Of a DNA stretch of 64,000 nucleotides, positions 20,303-30,852 are shown piece by piece. The notes below the pieces were generated by a model. It had not been told where the DNA came from, searched no databases, and saw only the letters and a list, made by a program, of their open reading frames with translations. The stretch is from Endomicrobium sp. (GTDB lineage: Bacteria; Elusimicrobiota; Endomicrobiia; Endomicrobiales; Endomicrobiaceae). The position numbers and the translations under genes are program-made. Position 1 is the first letter of the stretch, and each line of letters starts with the position of its first letter. The stretch spans positions 14,603 through 78,602 of the forward strand of contig JAITOB010000008.1 in the NCBI GenBank assembly GCA_031290155.1, in the 5' to 3' direction.

Positions 20303-21283
20303 GTGTCAAGAGTTTTAGTAACAGGCGCAAATGGTTTTGTAGGAAGCCATATTGTAGAAATGCTGCTTGAGAAAGAACATCATGTCGTATGCGCTTTAAG
20401 AGAAAAATCAAATTTAAGATGGATACAAAATTTGCCTGTAGAATATAGGTACGGTTGTTTTAATGATAATAAATTTTTAGAAACAATCGTTAAAGATGTT
20501 GATGTAGTTATTCACTGTGCGGGTGTTGTACGCGCCATGACTAAAGATGAATATTTTAAAATAAATGTCAAAAACACTAAAAATTTGTGCGAATCAATTC
20601 TAAAAGTAAATTTAATTCTAAAAAAATTTATATTTATTTCTTCACAGGCGGCTATGGGGCCGTCGCTTTCTAGTAGTATTAGAAGAATTCCTGATAAAGA
20701 GAATCCCGTTTCGGATTACGGCTCAAGTAAACTTGCTGCAGAATCAGAGATTAAACAAATTCTTTGCGGAAAAGTGCCGTACACAATTTTAAGGCCTGCC
20801 GCGGTTTACGGTCCAAGAGATAAAGATATTTTTATATTTTTTAATTTAGTACACAGACATTTTAGACTGGTAACTACAACAAAAAGATTATTGCAGCTTG
20901 TATTTGTAAAAGATGTGGCAAAAGCCGTAACAGCATGCTTAGAAAATGAAAAAACTAACAATAACGTATACTATCTTGCTGATTCTACCGCGCATACATG
21001 GTCTGAGATAGGCAAAATTATAGCATCTTCTATTGGTATAAAGACAGTTCCCTTGGTTGTGCCTGATGTTATGTTTAAATTTGCAGGAATGTTTGCTGAG
21101 ATTTTTTCTTACATAATAAGAAGACCCGCAGTATTAAACAGACAAAAAATTGTTGAGATGGTTCAAAAATATTGGACGGCAGATACCAACCCTGCCGAAA
21201 CTGACCTGAATATTGAATTTACTTCACTTGAAGTTGGTTCCAGAATAACATATAATTGGTACCTAAGTAATAAATTTTTATAA
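20303..21283 (+). CDS. NAD(P)-dependent extended SDR; putative 3-keto-ceramide/sphinganine reductase (CerR-like)
   Basis: VLVTGANGFVG, YGSSK and RPAAVYGPRD. GTG start after GGAGG; adjacent to spt. Confidence 0.75.
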   Translation: MSRVLVTGANGFVGSHIVEMLLEKEHHVVCALREKSNLRWIQNLPVEYRYGCFNDNKFLETIVKDVDVVIHCAGVVRAMTKDEYFKINVKNTKNLCESILKVNLILKKFIFISSQAAMGPSLSSSIRRIPDKENPVSDYGSSKLAAESEIKQILCGKVPYTILRPAAVYGPRDKDIFIFFNLVHRHFRLVTTTKRLLQLVFVKDVAKAVTACLENEKTNNNVYYLADSTAHTWSEIGKIIASSIGIKTVPLVVPDVMFKFAGMFAEIFSYIIRRPAVLNRQKIVEMVQKYWTADTNPAETDLNIEFTSLEVGSRITYNWYLSNKFL

Positions 21284-21320
21284 AATATTTGAATATGATT
21301 AATAAAGAGGAAAAGTACAG

Positions 21321-22508
21321 ATGATCCCTGATGTTTTTAGGAAATGTTTTAATTTTCATGCAGCAAATGACCTAAAAAAAACGGGTTTATATCCATATTT
21401 TCATAGAGTTGAATCTGAACAAGGGCCAGAAATTATAGTTGACGGCAAACAAAAGATAGTTGTTTGTTCCAATAATTATCTTGGACTTGCGAATCATCCT
21501 AAAGTTATTGAAGCTTCCGTTGCTGCCGCAAAAAAATACGGGACATCTTGTACGGGATCAAGATTTCTTAATGGAACTAACGATTTACATGAAAAAGTTG
21601 AAAATAAATTTGCAAAATTTGTAGGGAAAGAAGAAGCTATACTTTTTACTACCGGGTACCATTCAAACTTAGGATCTCTTTCAAGTTTGGTAGGCAGGAA
21701 TGAAGTTTTAATTACAGATAAACTGGATCATGCTTCAATAATAGACGGCTGCCGTTTATCATTTGGCGAAACGGCGAGATTTAGGCATAATGATATGACA
21801 GATCTTGAAAGACAGCTTATTAAACATAATGAAAAAGGTATGTTGATTGTAGTTGACGGAATTTTTAGCATGGAAGGCGACGTAGCAAATTTACCGGAAA
21901 TTTCAAAACTTGCAAAAAAATATGGAGCTAGAATATTTGTTGACGAGGCGCATTCTTTGGGAGTAATAGGCGAAAATGGGAAAGGAAGCGGAGAACACTT
22001 CAATATGGGAGCGGATATTGACGTAGTAATGGCTACGGCTTCTAAATCCTTGGCTTCAATAGGCGGTTTTATTGCAAGTAAAGCTGAAGTCATTGATTAT
22101 ATTAAACATAATGCAAGGACGATGATTTTTACTGCAAGCCTTTCTCCAGCATGCGTGGGAGCTATTGATGCTGCTTTGGATTTGATTGCTTGTGAGCCTG
22201 AAAGAAGAACAACACTTATAAAAAATTCGAAAAAAATGAAATCAGCTTTTGAATCTATGGGATATAATACAAATAATTCAAATTCTCCTATTATACCTTT
22301 GACTGTTGGAAGCGATTTAGTTGCTTTTAAAATGTGGAAAATGCTTTTTGATGAAGATGTATTTGCTTCTCCAGTTACCACTCCTGCAGTTCCTGAAGGG
22401 CAGGCTATAATAAGGACTAGTTATATGGCTACTCATTCAGACACTCATCTAGATTTTATTCTTGAAAAATTCAAAAAAGTTGGAAAAGAACTTGGAATAA
22501 TAACTTAA
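21321..22508 (+). CDS. spt: Serine palmitoyltransferase (alpha-oxoamine synthase family)
   Basis: LYPYF N-terminus, SNNYLGL, GSRFLNGT, DHASIIDG, DEAHSLG, PLP lysine in TASKSLAS and IFTAS. Flanked by bCerS-like and reductase genes. Confidence 0.8.
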   Translation: MIPDVFRKCFNFHAANDLKKTGLYPYFHRVESEQGPEIIVDGKQKIVVCSNNYLGLANHPKVIEASVAAAKKYGTSCTGSRFLNGTNDLHEKVENKFAKFVGKEEAILFTTGYHSNLGSLSSLVGRNEVLITDKLDHASIIDGCRLSFGETARFRHNDMTDLERQLIKHNEKGMLIVVDGIFSMEGDVANLPEISKLAKKYGARIFVDEAHSLGVIGENGKGSGEHFNMGADIDVVMATASKSLASIGGFIASKAEVIDYIKHNARTMIFTASLSPACVGAIDAALDLIACEPERRTTLIKNSKKMKSAFESMGYNTNNSNSPIIPLTVGSDLVAFKMWKMLFDEDVFASPVTTPAVPEGQAIIRTSYMATHSDTHLDFILEKFKKVGKELGIIT

Positions 22509-22577
22509 AATCTGCTTATATTACGTAATTATTATACGCGACAAAAAATATAATTAAACGCGAAGCTATAAATTAAT

Positions 22578-23858
22578 ATGAGAATAGTTAAAGTAGGCAC
22601 TAAAGAACAGTTAATGCGGTTTGTTCGTTTTCCTTGGAAAATTTATCCAAAAGATAGTCCTTGGGTACCGCCTTTAATTTCAGATTTTGCGGGTGTACTT
22701 TCAAAAGATAAAAACCCTTTCTGGATGCATGCAAAAAGCCAGCTTTTTTTAGCTTATGATGATAATGGAAATATTAATGGAAGAATTGCAGCGATAATAG
22801 ATTACAATTATATAGTTTTTCAAGATGATAAGTGTGGTTTTTTCGGTTTTTTTGAGTGTTTTGATGATATTGAAACGGCAAAAGCACTTTTTTCAGCTGT
22901 AAAAACCTGGCTTAAAGAACATAGTATAGATAAATTTATTGGACCCATGAATCCGTCAACTAATGATGAATGCGGATTTTTACTGGAAGGGTTTGATATA
23001 CCTCCAAGTCTTATGATGACATATACCCCAAAATATTATCTGCGTCTTGCTGAGGAATCTGGTCTTAAAAAAATAAAAGAACTTTATGCTTACGATATGG
23101 ATATTAAAGAAGATTCAAGAATTAGCAGGCTTGAAAGAGTTGCGGCCGCAGCCAAAAAAAAACTACCGACATTAGAAATAAAAACTATGCAAAAAGATTC
23201 ATTTGAGATGGATTTAAAAGCCGCTATATCTATATATAACAGCGCCTGGCGGAAAAATTGGGGTTTTGTACCCTGGAGTGACGAAGAATTTGCCGCACTT
23301 GCTTCAAGGTTAAAAATATTTATAGAACCGCGTATGGTAATAATAGCAATGATATCCGGCTCTCCTGTAGGTATGCTTATTGCTTTCCCGGATTATAATC
23401 AGGTTTTAAGAAAGCTTAATGGTAAACTTTTTCCGTTTGGAATATTTAAATTTTTATATTACAAAAAAAGAATAAACAGTTTAAGACTTATGGTTATGGG
23501 GGTTATAAAAGAATATAGGCATAAAGGTATTGAAGTCGGTATGTATGAAAAAGGTTTAAAAAACGCTCTTAAAATCGGATATAAACATTGCGAACTTTCA
23601 TGGGTGCTTGACGATAATATAATGACTCAGCGTACTGCTGAAATGATGAATGGCAAAGTATACAAAAAGTATGCAATATATGGGACTGAATTAAATGAAG
23701 AAGTACGTATCATTGATTCTAGAGATCATATTGGCGGTAAATGTTATGATTATTGGAATAAAAATAAGATTTGTGCGCATAATACGCGGCGGCTCATATT
23801 TTTAATAAAAGTTTGGCAATTCATAAGTCGGTTTGAAAATCGAGGAACATTTAATTGA
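22578..23858 (+). CDS. GNAT-fold bacterial ceramide synthase (bCerS/YghO-like) with a C-terminal read-through extension
   Basis: FVRFPWKIY..DSPWVPPL, GRIAAI, GFFGFFEC, GPMNPSTNDECG.L.EGF, WGFVP, PDYN, GV..EYRHKG and ELSWVLDDN. Confidence 0.8.
   Translation: MRIVKVGTKEQLMRFVRFPWKIYPKDSPWVPPLISDFAGVLSKDKNPFWMHAKSQLFLAYDDNGNINGRIAAIIDYNYIVFQDDKCGFFGFFECFDDIETAKALFSAVKTWLKEHSIDKFIGPMNPSTNDECGFLLEGFDIPPSLMMTYTPKYYLRLAEESGLKKIKELYAYDMDIKEDSRISRLERVAAAAKKKLPTLEIKTMQKDSFEMDLKAAISIYNSAWRKNWGFVPWSDEEFAALASRLKIFIEPRMVIIAMISGSPVGMLIAFPDYNQVLRKLNGKLFPFGIFKFLYYKKRINSLRLMVMGVIKEYRHKGIEVGMYEKGLKNALKIGYKHCELSWVLDDNIMTQRTAEMMNGKVYKKYAIYGTELNEEVRIIDSRDHIGGKCYDYWNKNKICAHNTRRLIFLIKVWQFISRFENRGTFN
23695..23858 (+). 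pseudogene. glf: UDP-galactopyranose mutase N-terminal remnant
   Basis: 'VRIIDSRDHIGGKCYDY...ICAH' followed by out-of-frame 'HIF' resembles the Glf motif (D.R.HIGGN.YD...H.YG.HIFH). Confidence 0.65.
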
Positions 23859-23871
23859 GGAGATAGTTTTT

Positions 23872-24300
23872 ATGCCAGAAATATCTGTTAATTGTTCCAA
23901 TTTATAACGTTGAAGAATATGTTGGCAAGTGTTTACAGAGTTTTGTTGCTCAGACTTTAAAAGATATGGAGATAATTTGTTGACGACTGCAGCACTGATA
24001 ATTCAATGAAAATAGTTGAGCGTTATGCATCAGATTTTAGAATAAAATTTTGCATCATCCGTTTAATAAAGGGCTGGTTGCAAGTCGTAATACTGGGCTT
24101 AAAGAAGTCTCTTCCGACTATGTTATGTTTTTGTGATTCCGATGATTTTTATAATGTTACAATGTGCGACAATTGGAGTATGCAAAATGATTTTAAAATC
24201 AGTATTTAATGATGTAGAATAGGTTATGACGATATATCAAAATCAGAAAAACGGGGTTTGAAACTAAAATGAAAACTATAATAGGAAATAAAAATATAAT
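23872..24300 (+). pseudogene. Family 2 glycosyltransferase pseudogene
   Basis: Frameshifted 'ISV-IVPIYNVEEYVGKCLQS..QTLKDMEII-VDDCSTDNS', 'SRNTGL' and 'FCDSDD'. Confidence 0.85.
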
Positions 24301-24788
24301 GGATATTTTAGAACAAACAACTAAATTAACAAATCAAAAAAATAAGAGTTTTATTTAATTTAGATTCTTATATAGTTGTAGATTAACCCAAAGTGACAGG
24401 AAATATTCAATAGTTAGCATTATGTAGTGTCTAATGAAATTATGGATTTATAGAAGTTTCATTATTAAGGAAGTGTAAAGTATGCTAAAAGAAAAAACTC
24501 TTTATGTGAAAGTTTTGGTAAATTGTTTTTATTTTCTGTGTGTGTGCATGTTCAGCTTTTATTCTTGTTAAAACTTTTTTATGCAAAGATGAAGACTCTG
24601 ACGATTATCAGAAAAGATTGAGAAAAGCTTATGAAAGTACTTTCTCCCGAGAAGTATTGAAAAGCTATAATTTAGAGTAAGTTATATTAAAATTTAGTGC
24701 CTTTGTTAAATAATCATAGGGATAACTTAAATTCTATCGCTATGATGCCGAGTATAGATAATCAGATATTCATCTGTAAGGGAAAATA

Positions 24789-27700
24789 ATGTATTTAAAA
24801 AAAGTTGAGATACACGGTTTTAAATCGTTTGCAGATAAAACAATATTGTATTTTGAACCCGGTATTTCCGGTATTATAGGGCCTAACGGTTGCGGTAAAT
24901 CCAATATATCAGACTCCATAAGATGGTGTTTTGGAGAACAGAGAGCAAAGTCAATGAGAAGCTCTAATATGCAGGAAGTAATATTTGGCGGTACGCAGAC
25001 AAGAACTTCAACCGGGATGGCTGAAGTTTCTCTTACTTTTGACAATTCTCAAAATATTTTACCTATAGATTATTCCGAAGTTACCGTGACTAGAAAATTG
25101 TTCAGAAGCGGTGAAAGCGAATATTTTACCAATAAAACTCAATGCAGGCTCAAAGATATAAGAGATATGTTTTTAGATACCGGGGTAGGATCTGACGGTT
25201 ATTCAATAATTGAGCAAGAAAAAGTTGACTTTTTAATTATGGCAAAACCTGAAAACAGAAGAGAGCTGTTTGAAGAAGCCTCCGGAATTGCAAAATATAA
25301 AGTAAGAAGAGAAGAAACTTTAAGGAGACTGGAAAAGATTGATGATGATATGTCTCGCCTGTCAGATACTCTTGCAATACATAAACAACAGATAATGGCT
25401 TTAGATATAGCCGCAAAAAAGGCAAAACAATATAAAAAATATCAAGGAGATCTTTCCAAATATGAAATTGCTGCTTTAGTGCATCAAATAACGCATAGCA
25501 ATGATAAAATAAATAGAATAAAAAAAGATTTAAATATTAAGATAAAAGAATTTGAATCAAATAATACTTTTGCAACACAGCTCGATACAGAAATACAAAA
25601 CATTCGGCTTACTTTAGATGAAAAAAATGAACATTATTTAAATATAAACAGAAATTTAAGCGCGATAAAAACGCATATAGGTGTCGCTGATCAAATAGTA
25701 CAAAATTCAATGCAACGAGAAAGTGAAATAAAAGCGGAACAGGAAAAGCTGAAACAAGAGCTTATAATAAACCGCGATAAAGTTGCTAATATGGAAGAAC
25801 AGCTTAAAACTTCTAGTATTGACGATACTTCTTTAAATGTGCAGGTTGAACATCTTGACAAAGCATATAAAGAAAAACAGCAGCAGTATAATTCAATAAG
25901 ATCAAAACTTTTAGAACTTGAGTTAAGAGAAAATGCAGTCCGTTCAAAACTTTCTAAGCTTGAATCTGAAAAAGAGAAGCAGTTAAACTCAAAAACGGAG
26001 CTTTCAGAAATGAAAATATGTCTTGATACAGATATAGCTTCCCTGCATAGGATGGTAACAAGGCTTGAAGATGATATAGAACCTACTAATAATGAAAGCG
26101 AAAAAATTGAATCCGAACTTATAACTGCAAATGAATCTTTGCAGTTTTTTGAAATTAGAAGAGAAGAGTTAACAAAAACTGTATTGACAAATGAAGAAAA
26201 AATAAAAATTCTAGAAAATAATCTGATGCAGCACAAAGAAAATCTTGCTTCAAGTATTGCCCGTGTAACTACCTTAAAAGAGTTTGATCAACATGACCCT
26301 GCAAGATCGTCTATAAGAGCGATGTTAAGCTTGGGGGATGTGGCAAGGGGACCTATAAGCAGTTTGATTTATACAGATGATGATAAATACGAATTAGTAG
26401 CATCAGCTTTAGGTGAAAAATTAAATTATCTTGTATGTAAAACTTCAGAAAAAGCCGAACAGGCTATAAAATTTTTAAAAGATAATGGTTTAAACAGACT
26501 TTCTTTTATAATTGCTGATAAAATCTCTGATTTTCAGCGGAACAATATAGGTCTTCCGTTGGGTTATAGCGAACTTATAAAATATTTAAGATATAAATCG
26601 GAAGATGAGAAAATAATTCAATTTATATGTTCCAATAGCATTGTTTATGATGATAAAGTTTATGGAAATGCTATAGTTCAGGGCGGCGGAAAAATATCTT
26701 TTGAAAAGCCGGTATTAATTGAAGAACGGATAAAGAAGCTTCATGAGAAAATTAATGAAATTAAACACAAAGTTTCTTCTATGCAATCTGAAATAGATAA
26801 GTTCAATGAATTTCAGAAAAATTCGCGTATTGAAAAAGATAAGATTAATTTCGATATTATAAAAACAAAAACCCAAATTGAAGACAGATATTCACAGGTT
26901 GAAGAGAAAAAAAATAATAAAATAAATATTATAAATGAAATAGAAAAACATAAAAAAGAAATTAATATTAAAAATTTAGAACTTGTATCCTTTAACGAAA
27001 AAATATCTATTTTTGACACAAAATTTACAGAGTATGAAAATGAGGAAAGCAAACTTTACGAAGAATTAAAAATCATTGAAAATAATATATTTGGAGTGAG
27101 AAAAGAAGAAGAATTTATCGCTCCTTTGATGATGGATGTAAGAAGCGACAGAGATAAAAAAATTGCTGAATTTGAAAATATGCAAAAAGGACAGCAGTAT
27201 ATTCTTAATGGTATGGCGGCTATTAAAGATCAAATACAATACTGTGAAAATAAAATTGTTGAAAATAATAAAAAACTTACAGAGTTGACTGTTTCACAGG
27301 AGACTGAAACAATAAAAATGCAGGAGCTGTATAAAGAGCAAGCTCAAAAAGAATCTGAAATGCAAATTTCTTTAAAAGATAAACAATCATTACAGGATAC
27401 AATAGATGTAAAAACAAGCGAATGGCACGATTTGCGCTCTAAAACTGATATTCTAAATAATGAGGTTAATGTTATGCAGGTTGATTTAAAAAATTTTGAA
27501 TATCAGAAAAGCGATTTGGAAAACAGATTGACGCAAGCTTACGGTAAAAATTATGAAGAAATTAAAAATGATTTTGGCGGCGTTGAAGTAAACGGTGAAG
27601 AGATTGCTAGAATAAAGAAAAAAATAGAATCTTTAGATTCTGTAAATCTTGCCGCGCAGGAAGAATATGATGTTTTGGACCAGAGATATAATTTCCTTTT

Positions 27701-28250
27701 GACGCAGCAATACGATTTGTTAAAGGCTAAAGACGACTTACATGAAGTTATGAAGACAATAAATCAATTCACAATAGAAAATTTTAAAAAGACTTTTGAC
27801 ATTGTAAGAAGAAATTTTAAGGAACTTTACGTAAAACTTTTTGGCGGCGGTGAAGCCGACTTAATTCTTACTGATGAAAATAATCTGCTTGAAAGCGGTG
27901 TTGATATTTATGCGCAGCCTGTGGGTAAGAAATTACAAAACATTTCACTTTGTTCAGGAGGTGAAAAAGCTTTAACTGCTGTTGCTCTGCTTTTTGCTTT
28001 CTTTATGGTAAAGCCTTCGCCTTTCTGCATTTTGGATGAAGTTGATGCTCCTTTAGATGATGCAAACGTAAGCAGATATAATTCTATGGTTAAAGAATTT
28101 TCTTCAAAAACGCAATTTTTGATTGTAACACATAATAAACGCACAATGGAAATGGTAGATGTTCTTTACGGCGTAACAATGGAAGAACATGGTATATCAA
28201 AAATTATATCCGTGAAAATGGATAAACAATATCAGTCAATAGCTCAATAA
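24789..28250 (+). CDS. smc: Chromosome segregation protein SMC
   Basis: GFKSF, GPNGCGKSN Walker A, coiled coils and hinge, CSGGEK signature, LDEVDAPLD and VTH. Confidence 0.97.
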   Translation: MYLKKVEIHGFKSFADKTILYFEPGISGIIGPNGCGKSNISDSIRWCFGEQRAKSMRSSNMQEVIFGGTQTRTSTGMAEVSLTFDNSQNILPIDYSEVTVTRKLFRSGESEYFTNKTQCRLKDIRDMFLDTGVGSDGYSIIEQEKVDFLIMAKPENRRELFEEASGIAKYKVRREETLRRLEKIDDDMSRLSDTLAIHKQQIMALDIAAKKAKQYKKYQGDLSKYEIAALVHQITHSNDKINRIKKDLNIKIKEFESNNTFATQLDTEIQNIRLTLDEKNEHYLNINRNLSAIKTHIGVADQIVQNSMQRESEIKAEQEKLKQELIINRDKVANMEEQLKTSSIDDTSLNVQVEHLDKAYKEKQQQYNSIRSKLLELELRENAVRSKLSKLESEKEKQLNSKTELSEMKICLDTDIASLHRMVTRLEDDIEPTNNESEKIESELITANESLQFFEIRREELTKTVLTNEEKIKILENNLMQHKENLASSIARVTTLKEFDQHDPARSSIRAMLSLGDVARGPISSLIYTDDDKYELVASALGEKLNYLVCKTSEKAEQAIKFLKDNGLNRLSFIIADKISDFQRNNIGLPLGYSELIKYLRYKSEDEKIIQFICSNSIVYDDKVYGNAIVQGGGKISFEKPVLIEERIKKLHEKINEIKHKVSSMQSEIDKFNEFQKNSRIEKDKINFDIIKTKTQIEDRYSQVEEKKNNKINIINEIEKHKKEINIKNLELVSFNEKISIFDTKFTEYENEESKLYEELKIIENNIFGVRKEEEFIAPLMMDVRSDRDKKIAEFENMQKGQQYILNGMAAIKDQIQYCENKIVENNKKLTELTVSQETETIKMQELYKEQAQKESEMQISLKDKQSLQDTIDVKTSEWHDLRSKTDILNNEVNVMQVDLKNFEYQKSDLENRLTQAYGKNYEEIKNDFGGVEVNGEEIARIKKKIESLDSVNLAAQEEYDVLDQRYNFLLTQQYDLLKAKDDLHEVMKTINQFTIENFKKTFDIVRRNFKELYVKLFGGGEADLILTDENNLLESGVDIYAQPVGKKLQNISLCSGGEKALTAVALLFAFFMVKPSPFCILDEVDAPLDDANVSRYNSMVKEFSSKTQFLIVTHNKRTMEMVDVLYGVTMEEHGISKIISVKMDKQYQSIAQ

Positions 28251-28686
28251 TAATAACATTTCATTAAGTTGCCGGATAAAAAATTATTATTATCTTATTT
28301 GAGGCATTTATATTAATGGGATATTGTTGCTGATTAAACAGAGCGATTGCAGTAAGTAAAATTATAATGCCGCTAAAATATTGAAGCTTATTATGACATA
28401 CATCATTATATATTTATAAATTTTAATCTTCTAATATTTCAAAGTAAAAATATAAGCCAAAAGTATTAATTATGTATCATAACTTGCCCAAGGGAATGTG
28501 TTTATTAGTTTTGATATTTTCTCGTGTGCAATGTTCTTTGCGTATGTATTTAGTCAACAGTAAGCATAACGCAATCATATATAGTATATTTGTGTTCGTA
28601 AAATATACCCATGTAGGCTTCTGTATTTAAAAGCAGTATATTTATAAAAGTTTTTATGATTAAAATTTGAGATTAGGAGTTTTTTA

Positions 28687-29577
28687 ATGAGAAGAACTAA
28701 ATTGCAAAATTATACAGAATATAGCGTATTAAAAATGTTGATATTTATGATCTGCTTATTAGGCAGAACTGCCTCTCAGTTTTTAGGGAAGATGATAGCA
28801 TTAATAATATATTATTTTATACCTATAAGGAAAAAAAAAGTGTTGGAAAACATTACTTTATCTTTTCCAGAAAAAAATAAAAAAGATATACAATTGATAG
28901 CAAAAAACACGTATAGGACTTTTATAAGGATACTGGTTGATATATTCCTTATATCAAAAATGTCGGATAAAGATATAGAAAAATTGCTAATATATGATGA
29001 AGATGTAATAAAAAAAGCCCTCAGCAAAGACAGAGGTTTGATTTTAATGTCTGCCCATTTTGGAAATTGGGAGTTATCGGCTCTTGCATTTGCAAAGAAG
29101 TATCCTGTTGCTTTTATTGTGGCAAAGCAATCGAATGATTTTATAGATAAAATGTTAAGTAGTTTTAGAATAAAGAAAGGCTTTAATGCAATTGACTTTC
29201 AACGAGACGCTAAAATGTCATTTAGGAGTATTGTTAAAACGTTGAGAAAAAATCAGATTCTTGCTATTTTAGGAGATCAAGATGCGGGAGAACATGGTAT
29301 TTTTCTGCCTTTTTTAGGACGATTGGCTTCCACTCCAAAAGGACCTGCATTTTTTGCAATACATACAGGAAGTCCTATAATTACTGCTTTTGGCGTTAGT
29401 CAAAAAGACGGGAGTATGAAAATGAAATTTGAAGAGCTTCTTATGCCTAATACGGGAGATGAGAAAAAGGATATTGAAATAATAAATACAATATACAATA
29501 AAAGACTTGAAGAAGCTGTACGCGAAAATCCGGAACAATGGTTTTGGTTTCATCGAAGGTGGAATACTAGACCATAA
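28687..29577 (+). CDS. Lipid A late acyltransferase (LpxL/HtrB family)
   Basis: HFGNWE, DQD, PFLG and PEQWFWFHRRW. Confidence 0.9.
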   Translation: MRRTKLQNYTEYSVLKMLIFMICLLGRTASQFLGKMIALIIYYFIPIRKKKVLENITLSFPEKNKKDIQLIAKNTYRTFIRILVDIFLISKMSDKDIEKLLIYDEDVIKKALSKDRGLILMSAHFGNWELSALAFAKKYPVAFIVAKQSNDFIDKMLSSFRIKKGFNAIDFQRDAKMSFRSIVKTLRKNQILAILGDQDAGEHGIFLPFLGRLASTPKGPAFFAIHTGSPIITAFGVSQKDGSMKMKFEELLMPNTGDEKKDIEIINTIYNKRLEEAVRENPEQWFWFHRRWNTRP

Positions 29578-29623
29578 TGGACTGGATATATTTTATTTCT
29601 AAAACAAATTGTAACAAAAAGAT

Positions 29624-29653
29624 TTGACGAGCACACGTAAATATTGTTATAAT
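29624..29653 (+). promoter_or_regulatory. Sigma70 promoter of tRNA-fMet
   Basis: TTGACG, 18-nt spacer, extended -10 TGn-TATAAT. Confidence 0.6.
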
Positions 29654-29678
29654 CGCTTAGCATGAGATAATAAATAGC

Positions 29679-29752
<74 letters not shown>

Positions 29753-29767
29753 TATAAATAAATCGAG

Positions 29768-29795
29768 CGACCTTATAAATCAGGTCGTATTTTTT
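29768..29795 (+). terminator. Rho-independent terminator after the tRNA
   Basis: cgacct-N8-aggtcg stem followed by a T-run. Confidence 0.6.
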
Positions 29796-29858
29796 ACAAG
29801 ATTTTGTTGTACATCAGAAATAGGTCAAAGGAATACATTTAAAGTATTAGGATAAGTA

Positions 29859-30416
29859 ATGATTATAGGTTTAACCGGCTCTTATTGTTCAGGCAAAGAT
29901 ACAGTTGCTGCGTATATTGTTAAAAAGTGTGGATATAAGCATTATTCTCTGTCAGATATAATAAGAGAAATAATGAACAAAAAGGATATTAAACCCATAA
30001 GAGCAAGTATGATACTTTTTGGAACTCAATTAAGAGAAGAAAAAGGCAATGGAATTCTTGCAAAAAAGGTTTTAGAAAAAATCGGGTTAAATGACAACTT
30101 CTGTATTACGTCTATAAGACATTCTGATGAAGTTAAAGAACTTAAAAAGAGAAAAAAATTTACTTTAATCAATATTGATGCTCCTCAAAACATACGTTTT
30201 GCAAGAATGAAGGATAGAAAAAGGCCAGGCGATCCTCTTACTTTAGAAAAATTTGTTGAATTTGAGAAAAAAGAATCGCAGATTGAAGGTTCCGGTCAGC
30301 AGTTATTAAAAACAGCAGCCTTGTCCGATATTACATTTGTTAACGATTTAAATGATATGGCAGCTCTTGAAGTTAGGATTGATAAACTATTAAAAAATAT
30401 TGAAAATAAAAAATAG
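29859..30416 (+). CDS. P-loop nucleotide-kinase-like protein (dephospho-CoA kinase/NMP kinase-like)
   Basis: IIGLTGSYCSGKDT Walker A, SLSDIIRE, SIRH..EV and RF.R...R.RPGDP lid. Confidence 0.75.
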   Translation: MIIGLTGSYCSGKDTVAAYIVKKCGYKHYSLSDIIREIMNKKDIKPIRASMILFGTQLREEKGNGILAKKVLEKIGLNDNFCITSIRHSDEVKELKKRKKFTLINIDAPQNIRFARMKDRKRPGDPLTLEKFVEFEKKESQIEGSGQQLLKTAALSDITFVNDLNDMAALEVRIDKLLKNIENKK

Positions 30417-30523
30417 ACAAATATTTCATTATATTCATTGACTGTAAATTTTATGATTTAAATCTTAAACAGGTGTATTTAAAATAGTAAAAATCAGTAT
30501 AGCGATATAAGATTATTTTGTTT

Positions 30524-30790
30524 ATGAACTATAAGCATAGATATTTATTTGTTGGTATTTATAATCGTATCTTAATACACTATCTCATTTTCAATATACA
30601 AGTCATATAAATCAAGAAGTAATAAAGGTAAAAGTTTATTATTTTTGTTAATTGCGTTGCTAGGTTATGTATGCGGAATAATTCATAAAATGCTTTATAA
30701 TTATGACATTGTCATTTTCTGTATATTATTACTTTATGCTGATTTTTATAGATTTATGTTATATTGCTTTGCTTATATTAAAGATAGTAA
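30524..30790 (+). pseudogene. Small PQ-loop/SemiSWEET-like membrane protein remnant
   Basis: 'SIYKSYKSRSNKGKSLLFLLIALLGYVCGIIHK' with frameshifts on either side. Confidence 0.5.
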
Positions 30791-30852
30791 ATGATTTTTA
30801 GGAATTAATATTAAGAAATATATTTTAAAAAATTAATTATAAAAAGAAGAAA

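Noticed and set aside
21321-22508. Annotation as bioF or kbl
   Set aside because: Same fold, but the YPYF/GSRFLNGT/IFTAS motifs and the flanking bCerS-like and reductase genes favour Spt. No bio or tdh genes are adjacent.
24300-24780. Possible small lipoprotein remnant
   Set aside because: Interrupted frame with no family-level motif.
28250-28680. Minus-strand hydrophobic gene remnant
   Set aside because: Too degraded to identify.
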